DNA of 12,723 bases, taken from Candidatus Hydrogenedentota bacterium (GTDB lineage: Bacteria > Hydrogenedentota > Hydrogenedentia > Hydrogenedentales > GCA-2746185). The stretch is taken from positions 1-12,723 of the forward strand of contig JAYGCN010000175.1 of assembly GCA_046583315.1 (NCBI GenBank). The letters are read 5' to 3'. The position numbers and the translations under genes are program-made. This document shows, in pieces, positions 1 to 6,917 of this stretch (position 1 is its first letter; the number at the start of each line of letters is the position of its first letter). A model generated the notes under the pieces. That model was not told the origin of the DNA. It did no database searches and was given only the letters and a program-made list of their open reading frames with translations.

Positions 1-843
1 AATCGTGCGATCATCATCCACGATGAAGTGTCCGCCCATCGCGCACACCGAGGTCGGGGCTTCTTCACCGGTAATCCACCGAATCGCGTCGAGATAGTGA
101 ATGCCATTGTTCGCGATTTGCGACGAGAATCCGTCCCACCAGCGAAATTTGTAGGGGCAGATGTTGTCCTGATACGGTCGCATCGCACGCGGTCCCAGCC
201 ACATGTCCCAGTCGAGATCCGCCGGCGGATCACTCGGTTTGGACCGCCCGATGCCGTTCGGATACATGTTGCTCAAATGATACGCACGGGAAAGAGTCAC
301 ATGGCCTATCGTGCCATCCTGCACGATCTTCGCGAGGTTCGCATACACAGGTGACGAGCGACGATGCGTGCCGACCTGCACAATGCACTCGTTCCGACGC
401 GCCGCCTCCACCATGCGACGGCCTTCGACGATGGTCTGCGATAGAGGTTTCTCCACATACACATCCTTGCCCGCGTCACACGCCGTAATCGTCTGAATCG
501 CATGCCAATGATCCGGCGTCGCGATGACAGCCGCATCCACGTTCTTATCCTCGATGAGCTTTCGGAAATCCGCATACACCGTAGGTTTCTTCTCGAAGCG
601 CGCCAGGGTCTTCTCAATATGCGGCTGATACACATCACAAATCGCCGTCACCTGAACATCATCATGCACAAGAAACGCATCTAACAATTGTCCCCCGCGA
701 TTCCCCACGCCAACAAAGCCCAACCGGATTTTCTCATTCGCACCCGCAGCCTGCGCCCGCGACACCGCCGACATCGATACCGCAGCCCCCAACCCCGCCG
801 CCACAAAACTACGTCGTGATAATGTGTGTTTTTCCTCGCTCAT
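1..843 (-). CDS. Gfo/Idh/MocA family NAD(P)-dependent oxidoreductase with Tat signal (3' end beyond window)
   Basis: Absent from the ORF track; translated by hand from ATG at 843: MSEEKHTLSRRSFVAAGLG (twin-arginine), IRLGFVGVGNRG (Rossmann), IATPDHWH, GKDVYVEKP, LDWDMWLGP, NNGIHYLD. Open to base 1. AGGGA RBS-like sequence upstream. Confidence 0.93.
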   Translation of the reverse strand, partial: MSEEKHTLSRRSFVAAGLGAAVSMSAVSRAQAAGANEKIRLGFVGVGNRGGQLLDAFLVHDDVQVTAICDVYQPHIEKTLARFEKKPTVYADFRKLIEDKNVDAAVIATPDHWHAIQTITACDAGKDVYVEKPLSQTIVEGRRMVEAARRNECIVQVGTHRRSSPVYANLAKIVQDGTIGHVTLSRAYHLSNMYPNGIGRSKPSDPPADLDWDMWLGPRAMRPYQDNICPYKFRWWDGFSSQIANNGIHYLDAIRWITGEEAPTSVCAMGGHFIVDDDRTI

Positions 844-914
844 GATGTGTCCCTGCCTTTTTCGTAGTTGTGTGTCTCCATGCTAGCAGGGTCGAGACGA
901 CTTGTACACCAATA

Positions 915-1018
915 TCGGTTCTTTTTGGTCTTACCTTTTTCTTTCCCGAGAAAAAGGTAAGAGCGGTTGAAAGCAACTGCTCTTCTTTCTCCTTGGGAAA
1001 GAACCAAAGAAGAACCGA
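915..1018. repeat. Intergenic inverted doublet of an internally palindromic unit (REP/REPIN-like)
   Basis: Terminal arms TCGGTTCTT(C)TTTGGT at both ends in inverted orientation; perfect 14-bp stem 929-942/949-962; 11-bp stem 959-969/974-984; 9-bp stem 983-991/995-1003. Confidence 0.6.
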
Positions 1019-1020
1019 CA

Positions 1021-2133
1021 CTAATCCCGCACCACCAGCGTCAGATCCTTGAACTCGATACGCGATTTTTCCTTGTGCATTTGCAGGGTGATGTGGCCGG
1101 GCCAGATGTTGACAAGGTCGTGAGATTCGGCGGTTTTGATACCGTCAATGTGGGTGATGGCGTGGTTATCGCGTACGCTGATTTGCATGAGGTGCCATTC
1201 TTCGGGACGTATCGTCGGGGTATGGGACCGCTGAATGTTGTAGATACTGCCGGAGGGACTGTAGGTCTGCGGCACGTCCAGAATCTGGATTTCGTTACCG
1301 CGTTCAGAGTCGTTACTCTTCCAGCGGAAGAATACGCCGCCGTTCGCCGTGGGTGTTGCACGGTAGTAGAGCCGCAAATCGAAATCCTGGCTGACCTGCT
1401 CGTGCTGAATATAACCGTTGCCGTCGTTCGCGACGATCGCGCCGTCTTCCACAGAAAACGTGGCATCGCCGGGACGTACTGGTTTCCATCCATCGAGGTT
1501 TTTTCCGTTGAACAATTCAATCCCGCCTTCGGAATCCTTCAGCTTTTTCAGCTTGATATTCTCGAGCTGATACCCCCATCCGAGCAGATCGCGAAAGGCT
1601 ATTGCACCGCGACGCAGGGTGTACTTCAACTCTTCATGTTCCGACAGATCGATGTCCTGCACGACTTGATCGTTAATGGTTACTTTGAGCGTCGGCCATT
1701 TCATCTCAACTTCGACCGAATTCCATTCGCCGTCCTTCTTGATGGCGTTCACCTTCGGCTCGACTTGATCAAAAATCGCCCCTGCAACGTATTTACTGAT
1801 CGGTTTGCCCATGTGATCGCTCAACATGATTTCGAGCCCCGCCGCGTATGCCCCGTTCCAAGGAGCATGCAAGGCGAGAATCAGTTCGCAATCGTTCTGC
1901 AGTTTCAGGTCAAAGGTCAGTCGAAAATTCTCGTAGTCTTCGCGACTGATTATTGTAGCGGACTGATACGTCCGCCGTTTTGCGCGAATTTTCATCGAGT
2001 CGATGGTGTAGACGTCGTCGGTCGTGTTTTCCAGTATCCAGAAGTCTTCCTGCTTGAGCACATCAATCGTCTCCGCCGAAGCAAACGGCAACACCAGCGC
2101 AACGAGACAACCCGTAATCAGGAGCCGCATCAT
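1021..2133 (-). CDS. Secreted tandem DUF1080 (3-keto-disaccharide hydrolase family) protein
   Basis: Sec signal (MMRLLITGCLVALVLPFASA). C-terminal domain has LFNGKNLDGW, FDLRLYY, NGGVF, EIQILD, GSIY, GHITLQMH, IEFKDL; N-terminal copy is divergent (YENFRL, GEWN, ENIKLKKL). ATGA overlap with upstream stop. Confidence 0.9.
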   Translation of the reverse strand: MMRLLITGCLVALVLPFASAETIDVLKQEDFWILENTTDDVYTIDSMKIRAKRRTYQSATIISREDYENFRLTFDLKLQNDCELILALHAPWNGAYAAGLEIMLSDHMGKPISKYVAGAIFDQVEPKVNAIKKDGEWNSVEVEMKWPTLKVTINDQVVQDIDLSEHEELKYTLRRGAIAFRDLLGWGYQLENIKLKKLKDSEGGIELFNGKNLDGWKPVRPGDATFSVEDGAIVANDGNGYIQHEQVSQDFDLRLYYRATPTANGGVFFRWKSNDSERGNEIQILDVPQTYSPSGSIYNIQRSHTPTIRPEEWHLMQISVRDNHAITHIDGIKTAESHDLVNIWPGHITLQMHKEKSRIEFKDLTLVVRD

Positions 2134-3464
2134 AGACCCTTAACCTTGAACCCTCGGCGATAGCGACGTTTCAGCAGTTTCGTGGCATCAGGGCGTCCAT
2201 CAAAGCGCAGGCGTTTCGCGTTCCACTGCAATTTCTCGCCCGGGAATCGATTCGCGACGTTCGCCAGCAGCACCGACTCGGTCAACGGTCCCGCAAAATC
2301 GAAATTCGCGCCCGCCACTGTGTTGCCCATCGCCGCTTCGACAAATTCATGGTAATGATTGCGCGTCTTCATTTCGGGGTACGGATAATTCTCGAAATTT
2401 TCTTTCGGATACAACTCCGGCATCAGGTAATGCGGGATAATCATCGTACCTTCTTCACCGACCAGCATCGAACCGCTCGGCGGCAGTTCATAGTCTTTCG
2501 GCAAATGCGGGGACCGGTTCTTATTCGGCTTTTTACCACCATCTTTCCAGGTGCCGCGAATGGTTTTGCCCGCGGTCATCTCGGTTCCGGGAAATTCATA
2601 CTCCACTTCCACCCAGCCCGGATGCACCTCGTCGCTGTTGCTTTCGGCCTGGGCCATAATGGTCGTCGGTGCGGTCACGCCTATCGCGCCGAACACCGGA
2701 TCGAAAATATGGCAGGCAAAGTCACCCGTCGCGCCGCCGCCAAAGTCCCGCCAGCTACGCCATGCGAAGGGATGGTATACGTCTTTCTTGTAAGGCCGTT
2801 CCTGCGCAGTACCCAGCCACAGATCCCAGTCAACATGATTCGGCACCGGATCGGAACCCGCCGGACGTTTCTTGTCCTCGGTCGTATAAATCGCCGAGCT
2901 CCACGAATGCCATTCCTTCACCTTTCCGATGGCCCCTTCTCGGGTCCAAATGACGGCAGTACGATAAAAGTCATGCGCGTGAATCTGAATGCCCATCTGC
3001 GTCGCGACATCATACTTCCGCGCGGCCTCGGTCAGCTTGCGCGTCTCGTAGACCTCGTGGGTAAGCGGTTTCTCCGTGTAGACGTGTTTTCCCTTCCGAA
3101 TCGCTGTCATCGAAGCCGGCGCGTGCGTGTGATCCGGCGTCGCCACATTCACCGAGTCGATATTTCTCTCTTCCTTGTCCAACATTTCACGCCAATCACG
3201 ATAGAGACGCGCCTTTGGATAGCGTTCCGCCGCAGCCTTCAGATTATTCTCATCGATATCGCACAACGCGACCACATCCACCTTGCCGCTACTGTTGATT
3301 TGGCCCAGGTCAGACGCACCCTGTCCACCCACGCCGATCGCCGCATGCTGAAGTCGACTATTCGCGGGCGCGGCAAGGCTGAGGTTTGGGAGAATAAGTG
3401 GGCCAACGGCTCCTGCAGCGACGGCCCCCTTAATGAACGATCGACGTGTAATTTTTTTGCTCAT
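2130..3464 (-). CDS. Gfo/Idh/MocA family oxidoreductase with Tat signal
   Basis: TRRSFIK twin-arginine leader, AIGVGGQG, VATPDHTH, KHVYTEKP, VDWDLWLG, GDFACHIFD. Confidence 0.95.
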   Translation of the reverse strand: MSKKITRRSFIKGAVAAGAVGPLILPNLSLAAPANSRLQHAAIGVGGQGASDLGQINSSGKVDVVALCDIDENNLKAAAERYPKARLYRDWREMLDKEERNIDSVNVATPDHTHAPASMTAIRKGKHVYTEKPLTHEVYETRKLTEAARKYDVATQMGIQIHAHDFYRTAVIWTREGAIGKVKEWHSWSSAIYTTEDKKRPAGSDPVPNHVDWDLWLGTAQERPYKKDVYHPFAWRSWRDFGGGATGDFACHIFDPVFGAIGVTAPTTIMAQAESNSDEVHPGWVEVEYEFPGTEMTAGKTIRGTWKDGGKKPNKNRSPHLPKDYELPPSGSMLVGEEGTMIIPHYLMPELYPKENFENYPYPEMKTRNHYHEFVEAAMGNTVAGANFDFAGPLTESVLLANVANRFPGEKLQWNAKRLRFDGRPDATKLLKRRYRRGFKVKGL

Positions 3465-3467
3465 GAA

Positions 3468-4829
3468 TTACCTTCCTGCGAGTTCGTGAACTGCGTTCAT
3501 AATGTCTTCTTCAATCGACGGCGCCCAGGGCCCGTGGATGCCATAATAAACCATCGAGTCCCCGCCTTCATAGCCTCCCTCGCGCAACACCCGCAACGAG
3601 GGGATATAGGCGGGGCAATCGTTGGAGTATCCCATCACGAATTGTTTCTCGCGCGGGTAATGATGCTTGATGAGCAGACTGTAATCCACGGTCACTTCGC
3701 CGCTCAGTGCCGTGAGTTGTACCGTGTCGCCCAATTTCCAGACCTGCACCGGATAGGGTATCGAGGTGGGTATCGCGCCTTCCGTCTCATACAGACGCTT
3801 CAGCTTTTTCGCGCGAAGTTTCACGTACTTGTTGTGACTGCCGAGTTGTTCGGTCACTTCCGCTTCCGTTGGTGGTTTGGTGAGCGCCAGTGGAATGATT
3901 TTGTACTTCGTTTCGATACCCCCGCTTACCAGAGTCATGCCGCCATCAACGACACGCTCGACCGCCTCCCCCAACTCCCGACCATACTTTTCAGCCAGCT
4001 CAACCGTTCTGCGCGGCAAAGGATTCTGGTCGCCGCCACATCCCGCAGCGAAGAGTGCCGTCGCACCCGGGTAGGCCTTCTCAACATGAATCTGTGCATA
4101 ACCCGCGTAGTCCCCGCTGAACTCCTGGAAACCGACCGTCGTGTTGTGGCACGCGTATCCGAACAGGACACCCACGATTTTTCCCTTCGCATCACGCGCC
4201 ACAAGTGTGGGCACATCGTGATCGATCGGACCAATGGGATTGTAACGATTAATGACCCCCTTCGCTGTGTATTCGCGACGATTTTGTGCAAAGGCCGCCT
4301 CACCGATCCCCCAGGAAACGGAACCCGGCGCAAGATTCCCAAGGGCTTGGTCGATGGCGGCATAAAGATGTTCATGCAATCCTTCGGTGTACGTAGCGGC
4401 GCGTTCCTGCTCGATGCCTTCGAGTCCATACATCGTATGCAAGCCGTCGTTGATGACCACCGGGCCGCTGTGCGTATGGGAGGCGTTGAAGAGCAAATTG
4501 GAACGGGGAATACCGTGTGTCGTTTCGATTCGCCGGGCTACGGCATCGCTTACATCCAGGGTGAGTCCGATAAGATCCGCAGTGAGAATGACAACCCGGT
4601 TCCCCGAGGCATCCTCCATCGCGAAGGCTTTGGCCCAAAGATCGTGGGCTTTGCCAAATCCGGCTTCCGTGCGCGAGGCATAGCCAGCCATCCAGACGGG
4701 GGAATCGGGAGTAATTACGGAACGGCCAAACCCGACCTTCATGTCGGCGAGGCACACAGGAGTAGAGGCCACAAGAATTAGGAATACAAGTCCCCACCGA
4801 AAACGCCGAAAACCCTTTTGCTGAGCCAT
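3468..4829 (-). CDS. Neutral/alkaline ceramidase-like (Ceramidase_alk N-terminal domain) exported metallo-amidohydrolase
   Basis: Signal peptide; MAGYASR, HDLWAKA, ASHTHSGP, YACHNT, GDYAG, GCGGDQNP, YIPS..EGGYEG motifs; AGGAG RBS. Substrate cannot be determined from sequence. Confidence 0.88.
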   Translation of the reverse strand: MAQQKGFRRFRWGLVFLILVASTPVCLADMKVGFGRSVITPDSPVWMAGYASRTEAGFGKAHDLWAKAFAMEDASGNRVVILTADLIGLTLDVSDAVARRIETTHGIPRSNLLFNASHTHSGPVVINDGLHTMYGLEGIEQERAATYTEGLHEHLYAAIDQALGNLAPGSVSWGIGEAAFAQNRREYTAKGVINRYNPIGPIDHDVPTLVARDAKGKIVGVLFGYACHNTTVGFQEFSGDYAGYAQIHVEKAYPGATALFAAGCGGDQNPLPRRTVELAEKYGRELGEAVERVVDGGMTLVSGGIETKYKIIPLALTKPPTEAEVTEQLGSHNKYVKLRAKKLKRLYETEGAIPTSIPYPVQVWKLGDTVQLTALSGEVTVDYSLLIKHHYPREKQFVMGYSNDCPAYIPSLRVLREGGYEGGDSMVYYGIHGPWAPSIEEDIMNAVHELAGR

Positions 4830-4983
4830 TCCACTCTCCTGTTGATGACCACGAAACCGAAAAAGTAACGGACTCCATGGTACGTCATGGAAGAGAGAAA
4901 TGCATCTCTTTTCAAAATGCTACGAAACTGGCGACCTAGCATGTCCTAAGCGGTGTACTTGTTCAGCCGCCAAAATACATAGT

Positions 4984-5250
4984 CCGTGGGTTCCGAATCG
5001 GATATGGGAGGACAGCCGATCCGAAACCCACGGTGAGAAGGCAGTATCAGGCTCACAAGTTAAGTAGTGGAAAGCGGGGCCCCGAGCCGAGTGTGACCCC
5101 GCTTCCCTCCATACGCCAGCCGGTTCCCACGAAGGGTCACTTCGGCGCAATGGTAATCCAGGCAACGCGTGTTTCATCCACTAGGGGTCCACCGAAACAC
5201 ACAAGCCTTAACGGATTAAACTGTTCAATTCACGGCAACGCGCGTTGCCG
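4984..5250 (-). ncRNA. Candidate structured RNA (series of long hairpins), family not recognised
   Basis: Stems 4984-5001/5016-5033 (18 bp), 5069-5081/5095-5107 (13 bp), 5113-5117/5144-5148, and compound stem 5154-5218. Non-Watson-Crick positions in these helices are G-U on the minus strand and A-C on the plus strand. Confidence 0.45.
5233..5250 (-). terminator. Perfect 18-bp palindrome just after the stop codon; possible terminator or stabilising hairpin
   Basis: CGGCAACGCGCGTTGCCG, 1 nt after TAA at 5252-5254. No clean U-tract follows. Confidence 0.3.
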
Positions 5251-5251
5251 A

Positions 5252-5641
5252 TTAGTATTCGCTTACGTTCGAAAATCGGAAGACGTTCACGCCGGAGTAC
5301 TGGTACTTAAGACCCTGAACGACAACTTTCAAGCCGATGTATTCAACCAGTGCTTCGTTGGCGGGCTGAATTCCGGATGCCGGAGCACTATTGCGGTATG
5401 TGCAGATCCAAAGTACGCCGGTTTCTTCTTCGATGATACCTACGGGGAACCCCTGACTTGCGCGACTTTTCATTTCGTCGACGACATCGGCGCTAAGGCC
5501 TTTCATTCCAACAGTAGACAATTCAACGGCATCGCCAACGACGATCCCTTTTTCACCCTGACTACCAGCGTTCGCCTGCATCACCCCCAGGGACAGGGCC
5601 ACCCCAAGTACGAGTGTCATAATTAAAAGTTTTATTTTCAT
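5252..5641 (-). CDS. Small secreted hypothetical protein (129 aa)
   Basis: Start moved from 5776 to ATG 5641: GGAG RBS 8 nt upstream, signal peptide MKIKLLIMTLVLGVALSLGVMQANA; the longer ORF would run through the promoter motif. Confidence 0.8.
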   Translation of the reverse strand: MKIKLLIMTLVLGVALSLGVMQANAGSQGEKGIVVGDAVELSTVGMKGLSADVVDEMKSRASQGFPVGIIEEETGVLWICTYRNSAPASGIQPANEALVEYIGLKVVVQGLKYQYSGVNVFRFSNVSEY

Positions 5642-5699
5642 TGTTCGACTCCATATTTTGCGCCAATTTTTAGAAATGGTTCGTTTGTGATGGTATATC

Positions 5700-5716
5700 C
5701 GCAGGTCTTGTGCCAA
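5700..5716 (-). promoter_or_regulatory. Sigma-54 (-24/-12) promoter for the small secreted protein gene
   Basis: Minus strand TTGGCAC-AAGAC-CTGCG vs consensus TGGCAC-N5-TTGCW; about 60 bp upstream of the ATG. Confidence 0.7.
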
Positions 5717-5809
5717 TTCATGAAAGATTAAAAATGGACGTATTAGCCCCATTTTATAAGGATTTCGCGTGATCATAGGAAAAACAGGAAAGTGTCACGC
5801 AACACATAA

Positions 5810-5839
5810 TGAACATAAGTGTTCATGACACTTGCGCAC
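5810..5839. promoter_or_regulatory. Putative upstream activating sequence, copy 1 (strong plus weak site)
   Basis: Palindrome ATGAACA-TAAG-TGTTCAT (5809-5826). Minus strand GTGCGCAAGTGTCATGAACACTTATGTTCA matches 10375-10404 at 22/30, including 15 consecutive bases. Confidence 0.65.
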
Positions 5840-5884
5840 AATTCGTGCTGACACAAGGAACACAGACGGCTGCCGAAAGTCGCG

Positions 5885-6832
5885 CTAACCCGCCTCGTTC
5901 ATGGTCTGCTTGCGCTTCGTATCCTTGTCCGGATGAATCGTCAATACCGGACTCGGTGAGCGTTTGACGATGCGATCGGCGAGACTGCCAAGCAACATGT
6001 GCGAAAGACCTCGATGCCCATGGGTCGTCATCACAACCAGATCGATGTCATCAGATTTAATCAGATTGACCAGCGCCGTATGCGGATTACCGGAGACCAC
6101 ACGAATCTCACAAAAGACATCGTCGAGGGACTCGGATATTTTCTCCATATACGCCTGCGCGTCACGTTCAAAATGCGAATCCGTCGCCGCAACGACTCCC
6201 GGTTCCAGCACCGGATACTCCAAGCGTGTATCCACCGCATGCGCCAATACCAGCGTCCCCTCAAATCGCTTGCACAACGCGCGCGCGGTTTCGAGACCGG
6301 CTCTTGAAAAATCCGAAAAGTCCAACGGGCACAGTACACGCTTGAACGATACAGACAAATCCTCTAGGGTCCAATGGACCTCCGGAGGACGCACGGTGAG
6401 CACGGGCACGTGGGACAGTCTAACTACTTTTTCGCAGGTAGACCCGAAGACCCACTGATCAAAACCGGTTCGCCCATGGGTTGCCATTACGATGTATTCT
6501 GCTTCAAGTTCATCGGCGAGTTTGATGATTTCGCGAGAAGGATCCCCGTGCAAAAAATGACCCTGTGCGTCGAAGTGCAACAGTTCGAAGCGCTTAATCA
6601 GCGCGTGGAATTCCTCGTGCACGTGCTGCTCAATCTGTTGAATCGATGATTCTGTGGAACCAGCAGAGACATACGCGCCTTCAATGGCACTTCCATAACT
6701 TCGCGAGTCGATGACGTGTACGCAATGCACTTCGGCATCAACAATGGGAGCAAGTCGACTGGCGTACGCTACCGCGTAGTCGGCATCTTTCGAAAAATCT
6801 ACGGGACACAGAATTTTGGCCTTGTTGCTCAT
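5885..6832 (-). CDS. Tandem-domain universal stress protein (UspA family)
   Basis: Two USP repeats: KILCPVDFS...MATHGRTGFDQWVFGSTCEKVVR..PVLTV and RVLCPLDFS...MTTHGHRGLSHMLLGSLADRIVK..PVLTI. TAAGGAGG RBS. Confidence 0.95.
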   Translation of the reverse strand: MSNKAKILCPVDFSKDADYAVAYASRLAPIVDAEVHCVHVIDSRSYGSAIEGAYVSAGSTESSIQQIEQHVHEEFHALIKRFELLHFDAQGHFLHGDPSREIIKLADELEAEYIVMATHGRTGFDQWVFGSTCEKVVRLSHVPVLTVRPPEVHWTLEDLSVSFKRVLCPLDFSDFSRAGLETARALCKRFEGTLVLAHAVDTRLEYPVLEPGVVAATDSHFERDAQAYMEKISESLDDVFCEIRVVSGNPHTALVNLIKSDDIDLVVMTTHGHRGLSHMLLGSLADRIVKRSPSPVLTIHPDKDTKRKQTMNEAG

Positions 6833-6885
6833 GATAATGCCTCCTTATTATGGTGGGCTACACAAGATTAGCCGCACCGATTAAG

Positions 6886-6902
6886 TGCATAACCTGTGCC
6901 AA
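6886..6902 (-). promoter_or_regulatory. Sigma-54 (-24/-12) promoter for the USP gene
   Basis: Minus strand TTGGCAC-AGGTT-ATGCA, one mismatch from consensus, in the 85-bp gap before the USP start. Confidence 0.75.
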
Positions 6903-6917
6903 GTCGCAACGTTCTTC

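Noticed and set aside
967..2163. 398-aa plus-strand ORF
   Set aside because: Antisense shadow of the DUF1080 gene; starts inside the palindromic element.
3462..3470. Ceramidase-like and Gfo genes in frame across one TAA (possible read-through or split gene)
   Set aside because: The downstream gene has its own ATG, RBS-like GGAAGG and Tat signal; both proteins look full length.
2349..4781. 810-aa plus-strand ORF
   Set aside because: Antisense shadow of two well-supported minus-strand genes that share a frame; no recognisable motifs.
4874..4913. Two small inverted repeats upstream of the ceramidase-like gene
   Set aside because: Short (6 and 9 bp); could be operators but have no second copy in the window and may be chance.
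4920..5177. 85-aa ORF, and a 19-aa ORF (MEGSGVTLG...) in the hairpin region as a possible type I toxin or leader peptide
   Set aside because: No convincing RBS, no hydrophobic helix, no amino-acid enrichment.
4921..5250. Known riboswitches (cobalamin, ZTP, TPP, fluoride, c-di-GMP) or tRNA
   Set aside because: Only short fragments match (e.g. GGGAACCGG, ACTGGCG); conserved cores are not present in order.
5651..5667. Second TTGGCGC box on the minus strand
   Set aside because: No GC at -12 and it overlaps the RBS.
5642..5776. 45-aa N-terminal extension given by the ORF track
   Set aside because: AT-rich promoter DNA; RBS and signal peptide indicate the start at 5641.
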